From Actinomycetota bacterium (lineage in GTDB: Bacteria; Actinomycetota; Acidimicrobiia; IMCC26256; PALSA-555): a stretch of DNA of 64,000 bases. The stretch is taken from the NCBI GenBank assembly GCA_016870355.1, contig VGBR01000001.1:250989-314988 (forward strand), written 5' to 3'. Positions 46,570-55,377 of this stretch are shown one piece after another. Under the pieces are notes generated by a model. The model searched no databases, was not told where the DNA came from, and worked only from the letters and a program-made list of their open reading frames with translations. Position 1 is the first letter of the stretch. Each line of letters begins with the position of its first letter. The position numbers were made by a program, and so were the translations under genes.

Positions 46570-47492
46570 CCCGTCTCGCGGCCATCGACATCGGCACCAA
46601 CTCGACGCGCCTCCTCGTGGCCGACGTCGACGGCTCTGGCGCCGACGCGTCGGTCAGGACGATCGAGCGCAGGATGACCATCACCCGACTCGGCCAAGGC
46701 GTCGACGCGACCCGAGCGCTGGCACCGGAGGCCATCGACCGGACGATCGCCGCGCTGCGTGAGTACCGCGGGGTGATCGACGACCTGGGGGCTGAGCGGG
46801 TGCGGGCCACGGCCACGAGCGCGGCGCGCGACGCAACCAACCGCGAGGACTTCTTCACGCCCGCGAACGACGCGCTTGGAGTCGCACCTGAGCTCCTCTC
46901 GGGAGAAGAGGAAGCCCGCTTGTCGTTCCTCGGCGCGACCGCCGGACTCGACGCGCCGGCCCCGTTCTTGGTGGTCGACATCGGAGGCGGTTCGACGGAG
47001 TTCGTGGTCGGTACCGACGCACCCACCGCGCTCTGCTCGGTCGACATCGGATGCGTGCGCATCAGCGAGCAGTTCCTCCACAGCGACCCACCCGCGCCCG
47101 AGGAGCTGTCGGCCGCAGTGTCAGTGGTGCGTGATCACGTCGCCGACGTCGCGCGGGCAATCCCCGACGTGCGTCACGCCAAGACCTTGGTCGGGTTGGC
47201 GGGAACGGTCGCGACCGTCGCGGCGATCGAGATGGGCCTCCCTGAGTACGACGGTGGCGTGCTGCACCACTTCCGGCTCACCCGTGACGCGGCCGAGGAC
47301 GTGTTCCGCACGCTGGCTGTCGAGTCGGCGGCGCAGCGCCGTCACAATCCAGGGTTGGAGGAAGGCCGGGTCGACGTGATCGTCGGCGGGGTGCTCGTGC
47401 TCGTGACGATCCTGCGCGTCCTCGAGCACGACGAGGTGCTGGTCAGCGAAGCCGACATCCTCGACGGTCTCGTCCGCTCGTTGGCCATCTGA
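46566..47492 (+). CDS. ppx: Ppx/GppA family exopolyphosphatase
   Basis: AAIDIGTNSTRLLVA...ATSAARDATN...VVDIGGGSTEF. ASKHA-fold phosphatase motifs. ATGA overlap with the upstream gene. Confidence 0.88.
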   Translation: MTRLAAIDIGTNSTRLLVADVDGSGADASVRTIERRMTITRLGQGVDATRALAPEAIDRTIAALREYRGVIDDLGAERVRATATSAARDATNREDFFTPANDALGVAPELLSGEEEARLSFLGATAGLDAPAPFLVVDIGGGSTEFVVGTDAPTALCSVDIGCVRISEQFLHSDPPAPEELSAAVSVVRDHVADVARAIPDVRHAKTLVGLAGTVATVAAIEMGLPEYDGGVLHHFRLTRDAAEDVFRTLAVESAAQRRHNPGLEEGRVDVIVGGVLVLVTILRVLEHDEVLVSEADILDGLVRSLAI

Positions 47493-47527
47493 GCTCCATC
47501 GCTCATCCACACGGTCTTCGCGCGATA

Positions 47528-47546
47528 TCCACCACTTTCGGTGGTG
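47528..47546 (+). terminator. short hairpin downstream of ppx
   Basis: ccaccac-tttcg-gtggtgg: 7-bp stem, 36 nt after the ppx stop. Confidence 0.35.
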
Positions 47547-47565
47547 GGGCGCAGAGAATCCCCGG

Positions 47566-47940
47566 ATGGGGGAGATCGGTGTCGGGCAGTTCCTTCACGC
47601 GCTCCAAGCGCTGAACGAGGCGGACGTGCGCCGCATCGCCCAATCGCTGGAGTCAGAGACACTCACTGACGAGGTCGACTGGTGGCGGGCCACCATCGCC
47701 ATCGACAAGGTGCTTCGGCACACACGCTGCACCCGTCGTGCTGCCCGAGCCGCCAACGACGCGACGCGAGCGGTGCAGGAGTCGGCGGTGCGCGTCGGCA
47801 TCCCGCTGCCCGACCAAGACGTCACCCGGGTGGCGCGTGCGGCGGCGGACGTCGCCCGCGGCCTAGCCGCTGGCGCTCCAGCCCGTCCGATCGTTCGCTT
47901 GCTGCTCGAGCACTGGGAGCCCGCGCACGCCGAGGCCTAG
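47566..47940 (+). CDS. hypothetical protein
   Basis: 124-aa ORF with fairly high GC3. No recognisable domain. Confidence 0.45.
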   Translation: MGEIGVGQFLHALQALNEADVRRIAQSLESETLTDEVDWWRATIAIDKVLRHTRCTRRAARAANDATRAVQESAVRVGIPLPDQDVTRVARAAADVARGLAAGAPARPIVRLLLEHWEPAHAEA

Positions 47941-47949
47941 CCCGACCGG

Positions 47950-48513
47950 TCAGCCCGCGGGCTTGAGCATCACCTCTCGGTAGTACTTCAGCTCGTTGAT
48001 CGACTCGCGCACGTCATCGAGCGCGCGGTGCTTCTCGGTCTTCGACGGCCGACCCTTGTAGGCGTCGGGGTACCAACGCCGGCACAGCTCCTTCAACGAG
48101 GACACGTCGATGCTGCGGTAATGGATGTACGCGTCGAGCTCGGGAAGCTGCCGGTCGAGAAAGCGGCGATCCACCCCGATCGAGTTCCCGCACAACGGTG
48201 ACTCGCCCGCCTTGACGTGTGACTGCACGTACTCGAGCGTGCGCGCGCCGGCGTCGGCGAGCGTCACGTCGGACGCTTCGATCGCCGCGAGCAGCCCCGA
48301 CTTGGTGTGCATCTTGCGCACGAAGTCATCCATCGCATCGAGTGCCTCCGGTGGTTGGTGCACGACTAGGTCGATGCCGTCGTCGAGCGGTTCGAGCTCG
48401 GTGTCGGTGACGAGGGCTGCAATCTCGACGATCACGTGCCGGCTCACGTCGAGTCCCGTCATCTCGAGGTCGAGCCAGACGAGCCGGTCGGCGGCAGGGG
48501 CGTCAGCAGCCAT
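47950..48513 (-). CDS. orn: oligoribonuclease
   Basis: LVWLDLEMTGLD...IVEIAALVTD...GNSIGVDRRFL...HRALDD. DEDDh exonuclease motifs. Confidence 0.92.
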   Translation of the reverse strand: MAADAPAADRLVWLDLEMTGLDVSRHVIVEIAALVTDTELEPLDDGIDLVVHQPPEALDAMDDFVRKMHTKSGLLAAIEASDVTLADAGARTLEYVQSHVKAGESPLCGNSIGVDRRFLDRQLPELDAYIHYRSIDVSSLKELCRRWYPDAYKGRPSKTEKHRALDDVRESINELKYYREVMLKPAG

Positions 48514-48561
48514 GCGGCGACGCTAGGGCACGTTGCCGCGACCGATCGGTACGCTCCGGGT

Positions 48562-49194
48562 GTGCGTCGGCAGCAAGTGCTGGTCGGGCCGCGGGTCGAG
48601 CTCCGCGCCCTCAAGTCGAGCGATTGGGACCAGTGGCGCGAGGTGCGCGTGCGCAGCCGGGACTGGCTCGAGCCGTGGGAGCCGCACGCAGAGCCGGGTG
48701 CCGCCGACCCCGTCACCGATGCCGAGGCGTTCAAGGCGCGCTGCAGCGTGTGGGAGCGCCAGCGCCACTTCGACGCCGCGTACGGGTTCGGCATCTTCCT
48801 GCGCAAGGGTCGGTTCGTCGGCGAGGTGAGCCTCGGCAGCCTTCAGCGTGGCCCGTTCCAGTCGGCGAACGTCGGCTACTGGATCGACGAGTCGCACGCC
48901 GGGTTGGGATTGATGCCCGAAGCCGTCGCGCTGGTGATCCGGTTCGCGTTCGAGGATCTCAACCTGCACCGAGTGGAGGCGGCGATCGTGCCTCGCAACA
49001 AGGCGAGTCGACGGGTCGCCGAGAAGCTCGGGCTACGCGAAGAGGGCACGTCGGATCGCCTCCTCCAGATCCGCGGCGTCTGGGAAGACCACGTCCGCTA
49101 CGCGATCACCACCGAAGACTGGGCAGTCCGCAAGCAAGAGATCGAGTCCGACTTCCTCACCCTGATGCATTCTGGGGACGCTCAGGGTCGCTAG
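48562..49194 (+). CDS. GNAT family N-acetyltransferase (RimJ/RimL-like)
   Basis: Track ORF trimmed to GTG at 48562. VELRALKSSDWDQW...GYWIDESHAGLGLMPEAVALVIRFAFEDLNLHRVEAAIVPRNKASRRVAEKLG. Confidence 0.8.
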   Translation: MRRQQVLVGPRVELRALKSSDWDQWREVRVRSRDWLEPWEPHAEPGAADPVTDAEAFKARCSVWERQRHFDAAYGFGIFLRKGRFVGEVSLGSLQRGPFQSANVGYWIDESHAGLGLMPEAVALVIRFAFEDLNLHRVEAAIVPRNKASRRVAEKLGLREEGTSDRLLQIRGVWEDHVRYAITTEDWAVRKQEIESDFLTLMHSGDAQGR

Positions 49195-49256
49195 AGCGAC
49201 CTGAGCGTCACAAGAACGCGAGATCGCATCGGACGAGCCTCCGAGCTCCTCGGTAC

Positions 49257-49550
49257 GTGCCGTGTCAGCCGGTGGACGCCGCGGTCACGGTGCGCCTCAT
49301 CGGAACCACCTACGTTGCGACGCCCGAGACCGTGCCCGCGGGTTGTGTGAGCGTGACACTCATCGGGCCCGGCACCGCCTTGGTGATCGACGACGTACCG
49401 GGTCTCATCGTGACGGGTGGTGAATCGAGAGCCGCGTGTCTGACCCGCGGTCGGCACGCGATGTATGCGCCGATCCCCGGCCACAGAGCTCAGGGCTTGG
49501 AAACAGCAATCCGAGTGGCGCGCAACCCGCAGTCGACCTGTGGGGGTTAG
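49257..49550 (+). pseudogene. cupredoxin-like domain remnant lacking the copper ligands and any signal peptide
   Basis: 97 aa in the tail of shadow ORF 48624..49550: AAVTVRLIGTTYVATPETVPAGCVSVTL...RHAMYAPIPGHRAQGLETAIRV. This follows the cupredoxin pattern ..Y.CpiPGH..GM...V, but Cys is replaced by Ala and Met by Leu. Codon quality decays toward the 3' end. Confidence 0.4.
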
Positions 49551-50263
49551 CCGCCGAAGGACTTCTTCTGTCGTGTCAGCTCGGTTTGGACTGCGGACTC
49601 GAAGTTCGGTTGCCAGGGGATCTCGCGCAGCGTCTGCTTGAGGTCGATCGCGAGGTCGCGAGGTAGCTGCGCAACCCGATCGGCCATCGCGACTGCTTCG
49701 TCGAGCAATGCGTCGTCGGCCACGCAGCGCCACGCGAGCCCGAGCTCCACAGCGCGCGTGCCGTCGAGGATCTCGCCGAACAGCGCGATCGCCGCGGCGG
49801 TGTGCGGACCAAGTGCGCGCTCGAGCATCCAGGTGTGGCCGCCGCCGGGATGGATGCCGATCTTGGTGAATCCCGGCGCGAAGCGGGCGGACTCGCCCGC
49901 GAGGATCACGTCACAGCACAACGCCAAGTTGAAGCCTGCACCGACGGCAGCACCGTTGACGGCGGCAACGGTCGGGAGCGAGCAGTCGCGTACCGACAGG
50001 AAGCCGTCATAGATGTTCCGAACCTCGTCCGGGTCGCCGCCAGCGCTGGTCTGCAGGCTGTCGAGGTTCCCGCGGTCGGCGCCCGAGCAGAACGCAGGCG
50101 CCGCGCCCGTCACGACCAGCGCGCCCACTTCGTCATCTGCCTCGGCGGCGTGGACCGCAGCGATGATCTGCTCGACCATCTCGGCGCCGAGCGCGTTGCG
50201 CTTCGAAGGTTCATCGAGCGTCAGGAGCGCCACTGGCCCGCGTTGTTCGACTCGGAGTGGCAT
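49547..50263 (-). CDS. enoyl-CoA hydratase/isomerase family protein
   Basis: VALLTLDEPSKRNALG...VVTGAAPAFCSGAD...VAAVNGAAVGAGFNLALCCD. Crotonase fold motifs. Confidence 0.88.
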   Translation of the reverse strand: MPLRVEQRGPVALLTLDEPSKRNALGAEMVEQIIAAVHAAEADDEVGALVVTGAAPAFCSGADRGNLDSLQTSAGGDPDEVRNIYDGFLSVRDCSLPTVAAVNGAAVGAGFNLALCCDVILAGESARFAPGFTKIGIHPGGGHTWMLERALGPHTAAAIALFGEILDGTRAVELGLAWRCVADDALLDEAVAMADRVAQLPRDLAIDLKQTLREIPWQPNFESAVQTELTRQKKSFGG

Positions 50264-50267
50264 CGGG

Positions 50268-51299
50268 TCAGTCTCGCACTACCGATGGCGAGCGCCTCAG
50301 GAACGACTCGGTGTCGTGGTCGTAGGTGTACTCGGGTTCGGTGTCGCCCACCGCGGCATGCAGCCGAACCCATTCGGCGAAGTCGTCGACGGTGGACGCG
50401 GTCGTGTGCGTGAACCGGTAGCCGGCCGCACGGAACGCTGACGCGTCGACCGCCCGGCCATAGCGGATCACCCTGAGGAGCTCATCCGGTAGCGGCGCGC
50501 CCAGTCGGCGCAGCGCGGCGGCGGCCCAGCCCGTCATCAGCGGTGGCAGCGGTGCACGCCGCTTGCCGACGATCGCGCACACCTCGCTCCACGGCAGCAC
50601 CCCATCGCCGGCGACGTTGAACACACCGGGGATCTGGTTGAGCGTCGCGTGCAGCACCGCGGCGACGGCGTCCACCTCGTGCACGAGCTGGATGCGGGGA
50701 TCGAAGCCGAGCACCTCGGGAACGATGGGGAGCTGGAGCAACCGGCCGAACGGTGACTCGAGCTCACCACTGAGCACGTCAACGAAGCGCAGCCGCGTGA
50801 CCTGCACCCGGCGGTTCTCGTCACCGAGCTCGCGCACGATGTCGTCCGCTTCGATGAGCGACCGCTCCAGCGGATCGGTCGGCGGGTGCTTGCGCGCCGT
50901 CTGCTCGTAGAACCAATACGGATCGTCGTAGCTCGATCCGTAGAGGTGCGTGGAGCCCTTGACGACCAGCTTGCGCACCATGTCGTTCGACGCGGCCGCG
51001 ACCACGTTGGTGGTGCCGATCACGTTGCGGTCGTGCAGCGCCTGCTTGCTCACGTGCAGCGTGTCGGTGGCCAGGTGCAGGGCCAGGATCGTGTCCACCT
51101 GCGTTGCCCGCGCGATGCGGGGCACGATCGAGAGCTCTTCGTCGGCCCGCACGAACTCCGTGGTGTCCAGCTCGACCTTCGGTTCTTCGGTGTCGACGCC
51201 GATGATCGCCTCAGTCGACCCCAAGTCCTCGAGTGCGCGCGCCACGCGCGACCCCCACACAGAGCCGATGCCGGTGATGAGCACCCTCATCCGCGCCAC
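50268..51299 (-). CDS. NAD-dependent epimerase/dehydratase family protein
   Basis: MRVLITGIGSVWGSRVARAL Rossmann N-terminus. 343 aa. Overlaps the upstream acyltransferase gene end by 13 nt. Confidence 0.8.
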   Translation of the reverse strand: MARMRVLITGIGSVWGSRVARALEDLGSTEAIIGVDTEEPKVELDTTEFVRADEELSIVPRIARATQVDTILALHLATDTLHVSKQALHDRNVIGTTNVVAAASNDMVRKLVVKGSTHLYGSSYDDPYWFYEQTARKHPPTDPLERSLIEADDIVRELGDENRRVQVTRLRFVDVLSGELESPFGRLLQLPIVPEVLGFDPRIQLVHEVDAVAAVLHATLNQIPGVFNVAGDGVLPWSEVCAIVGKRRAPLPPLMTGWAAAALRRLGAPLPDELLRVIRYGRAVDASAFRAAGYRFTHTTASTVDDFAEWVRLHAAVGDTEPEYTYDHDTESFLRRSPSVVRD

Positions 51300-52192
51300 A
51301 CGCTCTTTCGCTGTCGCAACATGTCATGCACACCGTGCTGGATCGATGCACGGATCGCCTCGGCGTGCTCCAGGATGAGTGCGCGCTCGTAGTGCTCCTG
51401 GTTGCTGGCCACGTCGAACGTCACTGGCGGCAGCACGCGGATTCGGATCTTCGCGGGCAGCGGCACGATCAACCCGAGCAGAGGACCGAAGAGGAACATG
51501 TTGGCGGTGACAGGCACGTAGGGCACACCGATGGCCTTCGCGAGCCGCGGGCTCTTCCACACGATGGGCATCGTCTCGTCGTTGCCCATGATCGCGAGAG
51601 GGACGATCGGCACGCCCGATCGCATGGCGATCTCCACGAACCCGCCCCGGCCGAAGCGCTGGAGCTGGTAGCGCTCACGCAGGTGCTTGCCCGTTCCCTT
51701 CGTGCCCTCCGGGAACACCAGGACAAGCTGTTGCTCGTCGTGCAAGAGCCGGTACGCGTTGTCAGGGTTGGCCGGCACGCCACCCGTGCGTGACCACAGC
51801 GTCCCGATCACAGGCACCGAGCGGAACAGGTTGTCGGCGAGCCCGTAGAGCGGTCGCCCGAGCTCCGACTCGATCCCGTGCATGATCACCGGCGCGTCGG
51901 ACGGGATCGCGCCCCCATGGTTCGCGACGAGCAACGCACCACCTTCGCGGGGGATGTGCTCGAGCCCTTCCCATTCGACGCGGAACCATGTGTCGTACAC
52001 GGGTTGGTAGAGCCGCCGCGCGAGCGCACGCATCCGCTCACTGCGACCCCATCCGTCGACATCACCGCGACGCTCCGGGCGACCCTGGGCGCCCGCCGGA
52101 GCTTCGAGCGGCACGAGATCAGCTCCACAGGATGGAGGGTTCAACATGTCGGCCCAGGCCGCGGTGTCGGTCTCGTCCGGCGCGTCGGCCAC
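51287..52192 (-). CDS. lysophospholipid (1-acyl-sn-glycerol-3-phosphate) acyltransferase family protein
   Basis: LLVANHGGAIPSD (the NHxxxxD-type motif, here NHGGAIPSD), FPEGTKG and PIVPLAIMG blocks of PlsC-like acyltransferases. Confidence 0.85.
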   Translation of the reverse strand: MADAPDETDTAAWADMLNPPSCGADLVPLEAPAGAQGRPERRGDVDGWGRSERMRALARRLYQPVYDTWFRVEWEGLEHIPREGGALLVANHGGAIPSDAPVIMHGIESELGRPLYGLADNLFRSVPVIGTLWSRTGGVPANPDNAYRLLHDEQQLVLVFPEGTKGTGKHLRERYQLQRFGRGGFVEIAMRSGVPIVPLAIMGNDETMPIVWKSPRLAKAIGVPYVPVTANMFLFGPLLGLIVPLPAKIRIRVLPPVTFDVASNQEHYERALILEHAEAIRASIQHGVHDMLRQRKSVWRG

Positions 52193-52243
52193 CCGGAAAG
52201 TGTGGCCTCTTGGCGTCCGAGGCGCGGAACCGAACCCTCACCG

Positions 52244-53566
52244 TCATTGCCGGTCGGCACCGATCACCTGCCAGCGCGGGCCCGAGTAGCGCGCAACGAG
52301 CGCGACGGCACGCGCGGCGAACCAGCCGGCGAGTGCACCCCAGAGCGCCACGACCCCGCCGTCGACCGCGCTGACGAGGACGGCCAGCGGCACGAAGACC
52401 CCGAAGGTCGCGACGATCATCGCGAGCGCGAGGTAGCGCTGATCCCCGGCGCCGATGAGCACGCCGTCGAGCACGAAGACCACGGCATTGAGCGGTTGGA
52501 GCACCGCCACGACGAGCAGGAGCTGGATCGCGAGGTCACGGATGTCGGTGCTGTCACTGAAGCCGCGAACCAACCAGGTGGCCGTGGTGGCCACGAGGAT
52601 GGCGAGCGCGATGCCGATCAGAATCCCCAGCTCCATGAGGCGGCGCGCCACCTCGCGGGCGCGCACGGCATCCGCCGCGCCGAGGAACCGACCAATCATC
52701 GCTTGGCCCGCGATCGCGAGGGCGTCGACCGACAGCGCGAGGAACAGGAAGATCTGGAACGCGATCTGGTGGGCGGCGACATCGTCGTCACCGATGCGCG
52801 CCGCGAGATTGGTCGTGACGATGAACGTGACCAACAAGGAGGCGGTCCGGACCACGAGCGGCCCGCCAACCACCAGCGCGGCGCGCATGCCTGCGAGGTC
52901 GGGTCGCAGCGAGAGGTCGTGCGCACGGGCCGAGCGTCGAACGATGAACGCGTAGGCGCACGCCGCAGCGAGCTGCGCAGTCACCGTTCCCCATGCCGAC
53001 CCTTCGATGCCCCAGTCGAAGCCGAACACGAACAGGATCTCCAACAAGAGGTTGACCACGTTCGACGACACTGCGATCACGAGCGTGGTGCGCGTGTCTT
53101 GAAGGCCGCGCAGGTAGCCGGCGGCAGCGAGCGACAACAGCAGCGCCGGTGCGCCGATCATGCTGATGCGCAGATACGAGATCGCGAACGGGCGAACCCG
53201 CGACGAAGCACCCATGGCGTCCACTATCTGGGGGGCGAGCGTCACGCCGACGACGAGCAGGACCAGTCCCAGCGCGAGTGCGAGCCAGAGCCCGTCGATG
53301 CCGTGCTGAGCGGCCCGGCGACGGTCGCCGGCGCCGACCTGGCGGGCCACCTTCGCGGTGGTGGCGTAGGCGAGGAAGTTGAACACGCCGAACGCCGCGG
53401 TCAGCACGGTGCCCGCCACGGCGAGCCCGGCCAGCGGCCTGGTGCCGAGCTGGCCGACGATCGCCGTGTCGGCGAGGAGGTAGAGGGGCTCGGCGGCCAG
53501 CGCCCCCAACGCCGGCACGGCCAGGCGCACGATCTCCCGGTCGTGGGGGCTCCGCCGGAACGCCAT
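52244..53566 (-). CDS. MATE family efflux transporter
   Basis: Track ORF trimmed to ATG at 53566 (MAFRRSPHDREIVRLAVPALGALAAEPLYLLADTAIVGQLG). 12 TM, typical MATE/DinF N-terminus. Confidence 0.88.
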   Translation of the reverse strand: MAFRRSPHDREIVRLAVPALGALAAEPLYLLADTAIVGQLGTRPLAGLAVAGTVLTAAFGVFNFLAYATTAKVARQVGAGDRRRAAQHGIDGLWLALALGLVLLVVGVTLAPQIVDAMGASSRVRPFAISYLRISMIGAPALLLSLAAAGYLRGLQDTRTTLVIAVSSNVVNLLLEILFVFGFDWGIEGSAWGTVTAQLAAACAYAFIVRRSARAHDLSLRPDLAGMRAALVVGGPLVVRTASLLVTFIVTTNLAARIGDDDVAAHQIAFQIFLFLALSVDALAIAGQAMIGRFLGAADAVRAREVARRLMELGILIGIALAILVATTATWLVRGFSDSTDIRDLAIQLLLVVAVLQPLNAVVFVLDGVLIGAGDQRYLALAMIVATFGVFVPLAVLVSAVDGGVVALWGALAGWFAARAVALVARYSGPRWQVIGADRQ

Positions 53567-53602
53567 CGCACGAGTGTCACACCCTGGTGCGATGGTGGAC
53601 CC

Positions 53603-53962
53603 ATGGGCGGAGAACCCATCACCCCCCAACGGGGGGCTCCGGTGCTGCGTTTCGCCGACACGGCGAGGCGCCTAGGGGCGGCGGCGCGCGCCGCCGGACT
53701 CGTCGTGCCCGCCTTCCGGTGCCCGCCACGAGTGCCGGGCGTGCGCCGTACCGTGCGTCGATTCCCTGGCGGATCGGTCATCTCGGTCGTGCTCGACGGC
53801 CGAGAGTTCGGCGAGGTCGCTACCGACATGGTCGAAGGCGTGCTGGTGGTCAATCAGCTCGAAGGCGAAGCGGCCCATCGCTTCCGTGACGCGCTCAGAT
53901 CTGCTGCGGGCCTACCCTCGAACGAAGCCCGGATGGCGGAACGGCAGACGCGAGCGGCTTAA
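53603..53962 (+). CDS. hypothetical protein; its 3' end overlaps tRNA-Leu by 36 nt
   Basis: The last 119 codons of shadow ORF 51878..53962, from ATG at 53603 (MGGEPITPQRGAPVLRFADTARRLGAAARAAGLVVPAFRCPP...). Protein-like composition, divergent from the MATE gene. Confidence 0.45.
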   Translation: MGGEPITPQRGAPVLRFADTARRLGAAARAAGLVVPAFRCPPRVPGVRRTVRRFPGGSVISVVLDGREFGEVATDMVEGVLVVNQLEGEAAHRFRDALRSAAGLPSNEARMAERQTRAA

Positions 53963-54011
53963 ACCCGCTTATCCCCTCGGGGGTGTGCAGGTTCAAATCC
54001 TGCTCCGGGCA
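53927..54011 (+). tRNA. tRNA-Leu (anticodon UAA), class II with long variable arm
   Basis: Manual cloverleaf. Acceptor gcccgga/tccgggc plus discriminator A. Anticodon arm agcgg-cTTAAac-ccgct. Variable stem cccc-tcg-gggg. T arm gcagg-ttcaaat-cctgc. Confidence 0.9.
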
Positions 54012-54045
54012 CGATCCCAAATACCTCGAGCGACATGATGCTTGC

Positions 54046-54183
54046 GTGCCGGGGTGCTCTCTCTCTTGAGGAGGAGCGAGTCGGCGAGCGGACTGTTTGG
54101 TGGGTCAGCTCGCCTTGAGGTGGCGGCGGAGTGCTTTGCGAATCACTTCCGAAACGGGAACGCCTTCATCTTCGGCGCGATGA
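54046..54183. repeat. direct repeat copy A (3' end of an RHH-type gene plus downstream DNA)
   Basis: 54103..54183 matches 60642..60722 at 80 of 81 nt. 54046..54102 aligns imperfectly to 60588..60641. Read on the minus strand it encodes only ...HRAEDEGVPVSEVIRKALRRHLKAS-stop. Confidence 0.85.
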
Positions 54184-54321
54184 GGCGCCGATTGCGGCCC
54201 ACGAGTGCCCCCCACCTGCAACTCGGAGAGCCACAGCAGCGGATTGCGCTGTGCTGGCACTCCAGAATGACCCTCACCGGCGAAGCGGATCGCGCCGGCT
54301 CGTGTCGTTGCTACGCGCCAG

Positions 54322-55377
54322 CTACTGCGCCGATCGGTCGCCGGTGCGTAGATCGCCGATCGACGCACCTTCGAGCTGCGGCCCGCTCGTGTGCAGATGA
54401 CAGAACACCGTCGTGCCATCCGGCGTGAGGAACGGCGGCGGATCCTCTGCTCGGCAGACGTCCAACACGTACGGACAGCGGGTGTGGAAGCGACACCCCG
54501 CGGGCGGGTTCGCCGGCGACGGGATGTCACCCTCGAGAATGATGCGACGGCGCTCGCGCTGGCGCACCGGGTTCGGCACCGGGATCGCCGACAGGAGCGC
54601 CTCGGTGTAGGGGTGCTTGGGCTGGTCGTAGACGGCTGCGGCCGGGCCGTCCTCCACGATCCGCCCGAGGTACATCACCGCGATCCTCTCGCTCACGTGA
54701 CGGACGATCGAGAGGTCGTGCGCGATGAACAGCATCGCGACGTGCAGGCGGTCCTGGAGCTGTGCGAACAGGTTGATGACCTGTGCCTGCGTCGAGACGT
54801 CGAGAGAGCTCACTGGTTCGTCGAGGATCAGCAGCTTCGGGTCGACGGTCAGCGCCCGCGCGACTCCGGCGCGCTGGAGCTGGCCGCCAGAGAGCTCGTA
54901 CGGGTAGCGCGTCAGATACTCCGGTGACATGCCGACGATCTCGAGCAGCTCGGCAGCGCGAGCCGTCTGCTGGGCAGCGTCGAGCTCGAGGTGTGCACGC
55001 ATCGGTTCGCGCAGGCTGTCGAGCATGGTCGCCGTGGCGTCGAAGGACGAGTACGGGTCCTGGAACACGATCTGGAAGTTCCTTCGCAGCTCGCGCAGCT
55101 CCCGACCGTGGAGGGTGGTGATGTCGTTGCCTTCGAAGCAGACTTGTCCGGAGGTTGGTTCGATCAGCCGCAGCACGAGTCGTCCCAGCGTCGACTTGCC
55201 CGAGCCGCTCTCGCCGACGAGGCCGACTGTCGTGGCGCGTGGCACGACGAGATCGACGCCGTCGACGGCGCGCACGTGTCCGTGCACGCGACGACGCAGC
55301 CCTCGTTCGATGGGGAAGAGCTTGCGCACTTGCCGGGTCTCGAGCAGCGCGGGCCCCGCGGAGGTGATCGCCGTCAC
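54322..55377 (-). CDS. ABC transporter ATP-binding protein (oligopeptide/dipeptide, OppF/DppF-like)
   Basis: Track ORF trimmed to GTG at 55377 (GTGA overlap). Walker A GESGSGKST, signature LSGGQLQR, Walker B LLILDEP, and the C-terminal oligopeptide-ABC Cys-rich tail. Confidence 0.9.
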   Translation of the reverse strand: MTAITSAGPALLETRQVRKLFPIERGLRRRVHGHVRAVDGVDLVVPRATTVGLVGESGSGKSTLGRLVLRLIEPTSGQVCFEGNDITTLHGRELRELRRNFQIVFQDPYSSFDATATMLDSLREPMRAHLELDAAQQTARAAELLEIVGMSPEYLTRYPYELSGGQLQRAGVARALTVDPKLLILDEPVSSLDVSTQAQVINLFAQLQDRLHVAMLFIAHDLSIVRHVSERIAVMYLGRIVEDGPAAAVYDQPKHPYTEALLSAIPVPNPVRQRERRRIILEGDIPSPANPPAGCRFHTRCPYVLDVCRAEDPPPFLTPDGTTVFCHLHTSGPQLEGASIGDLRTGDRSAQ

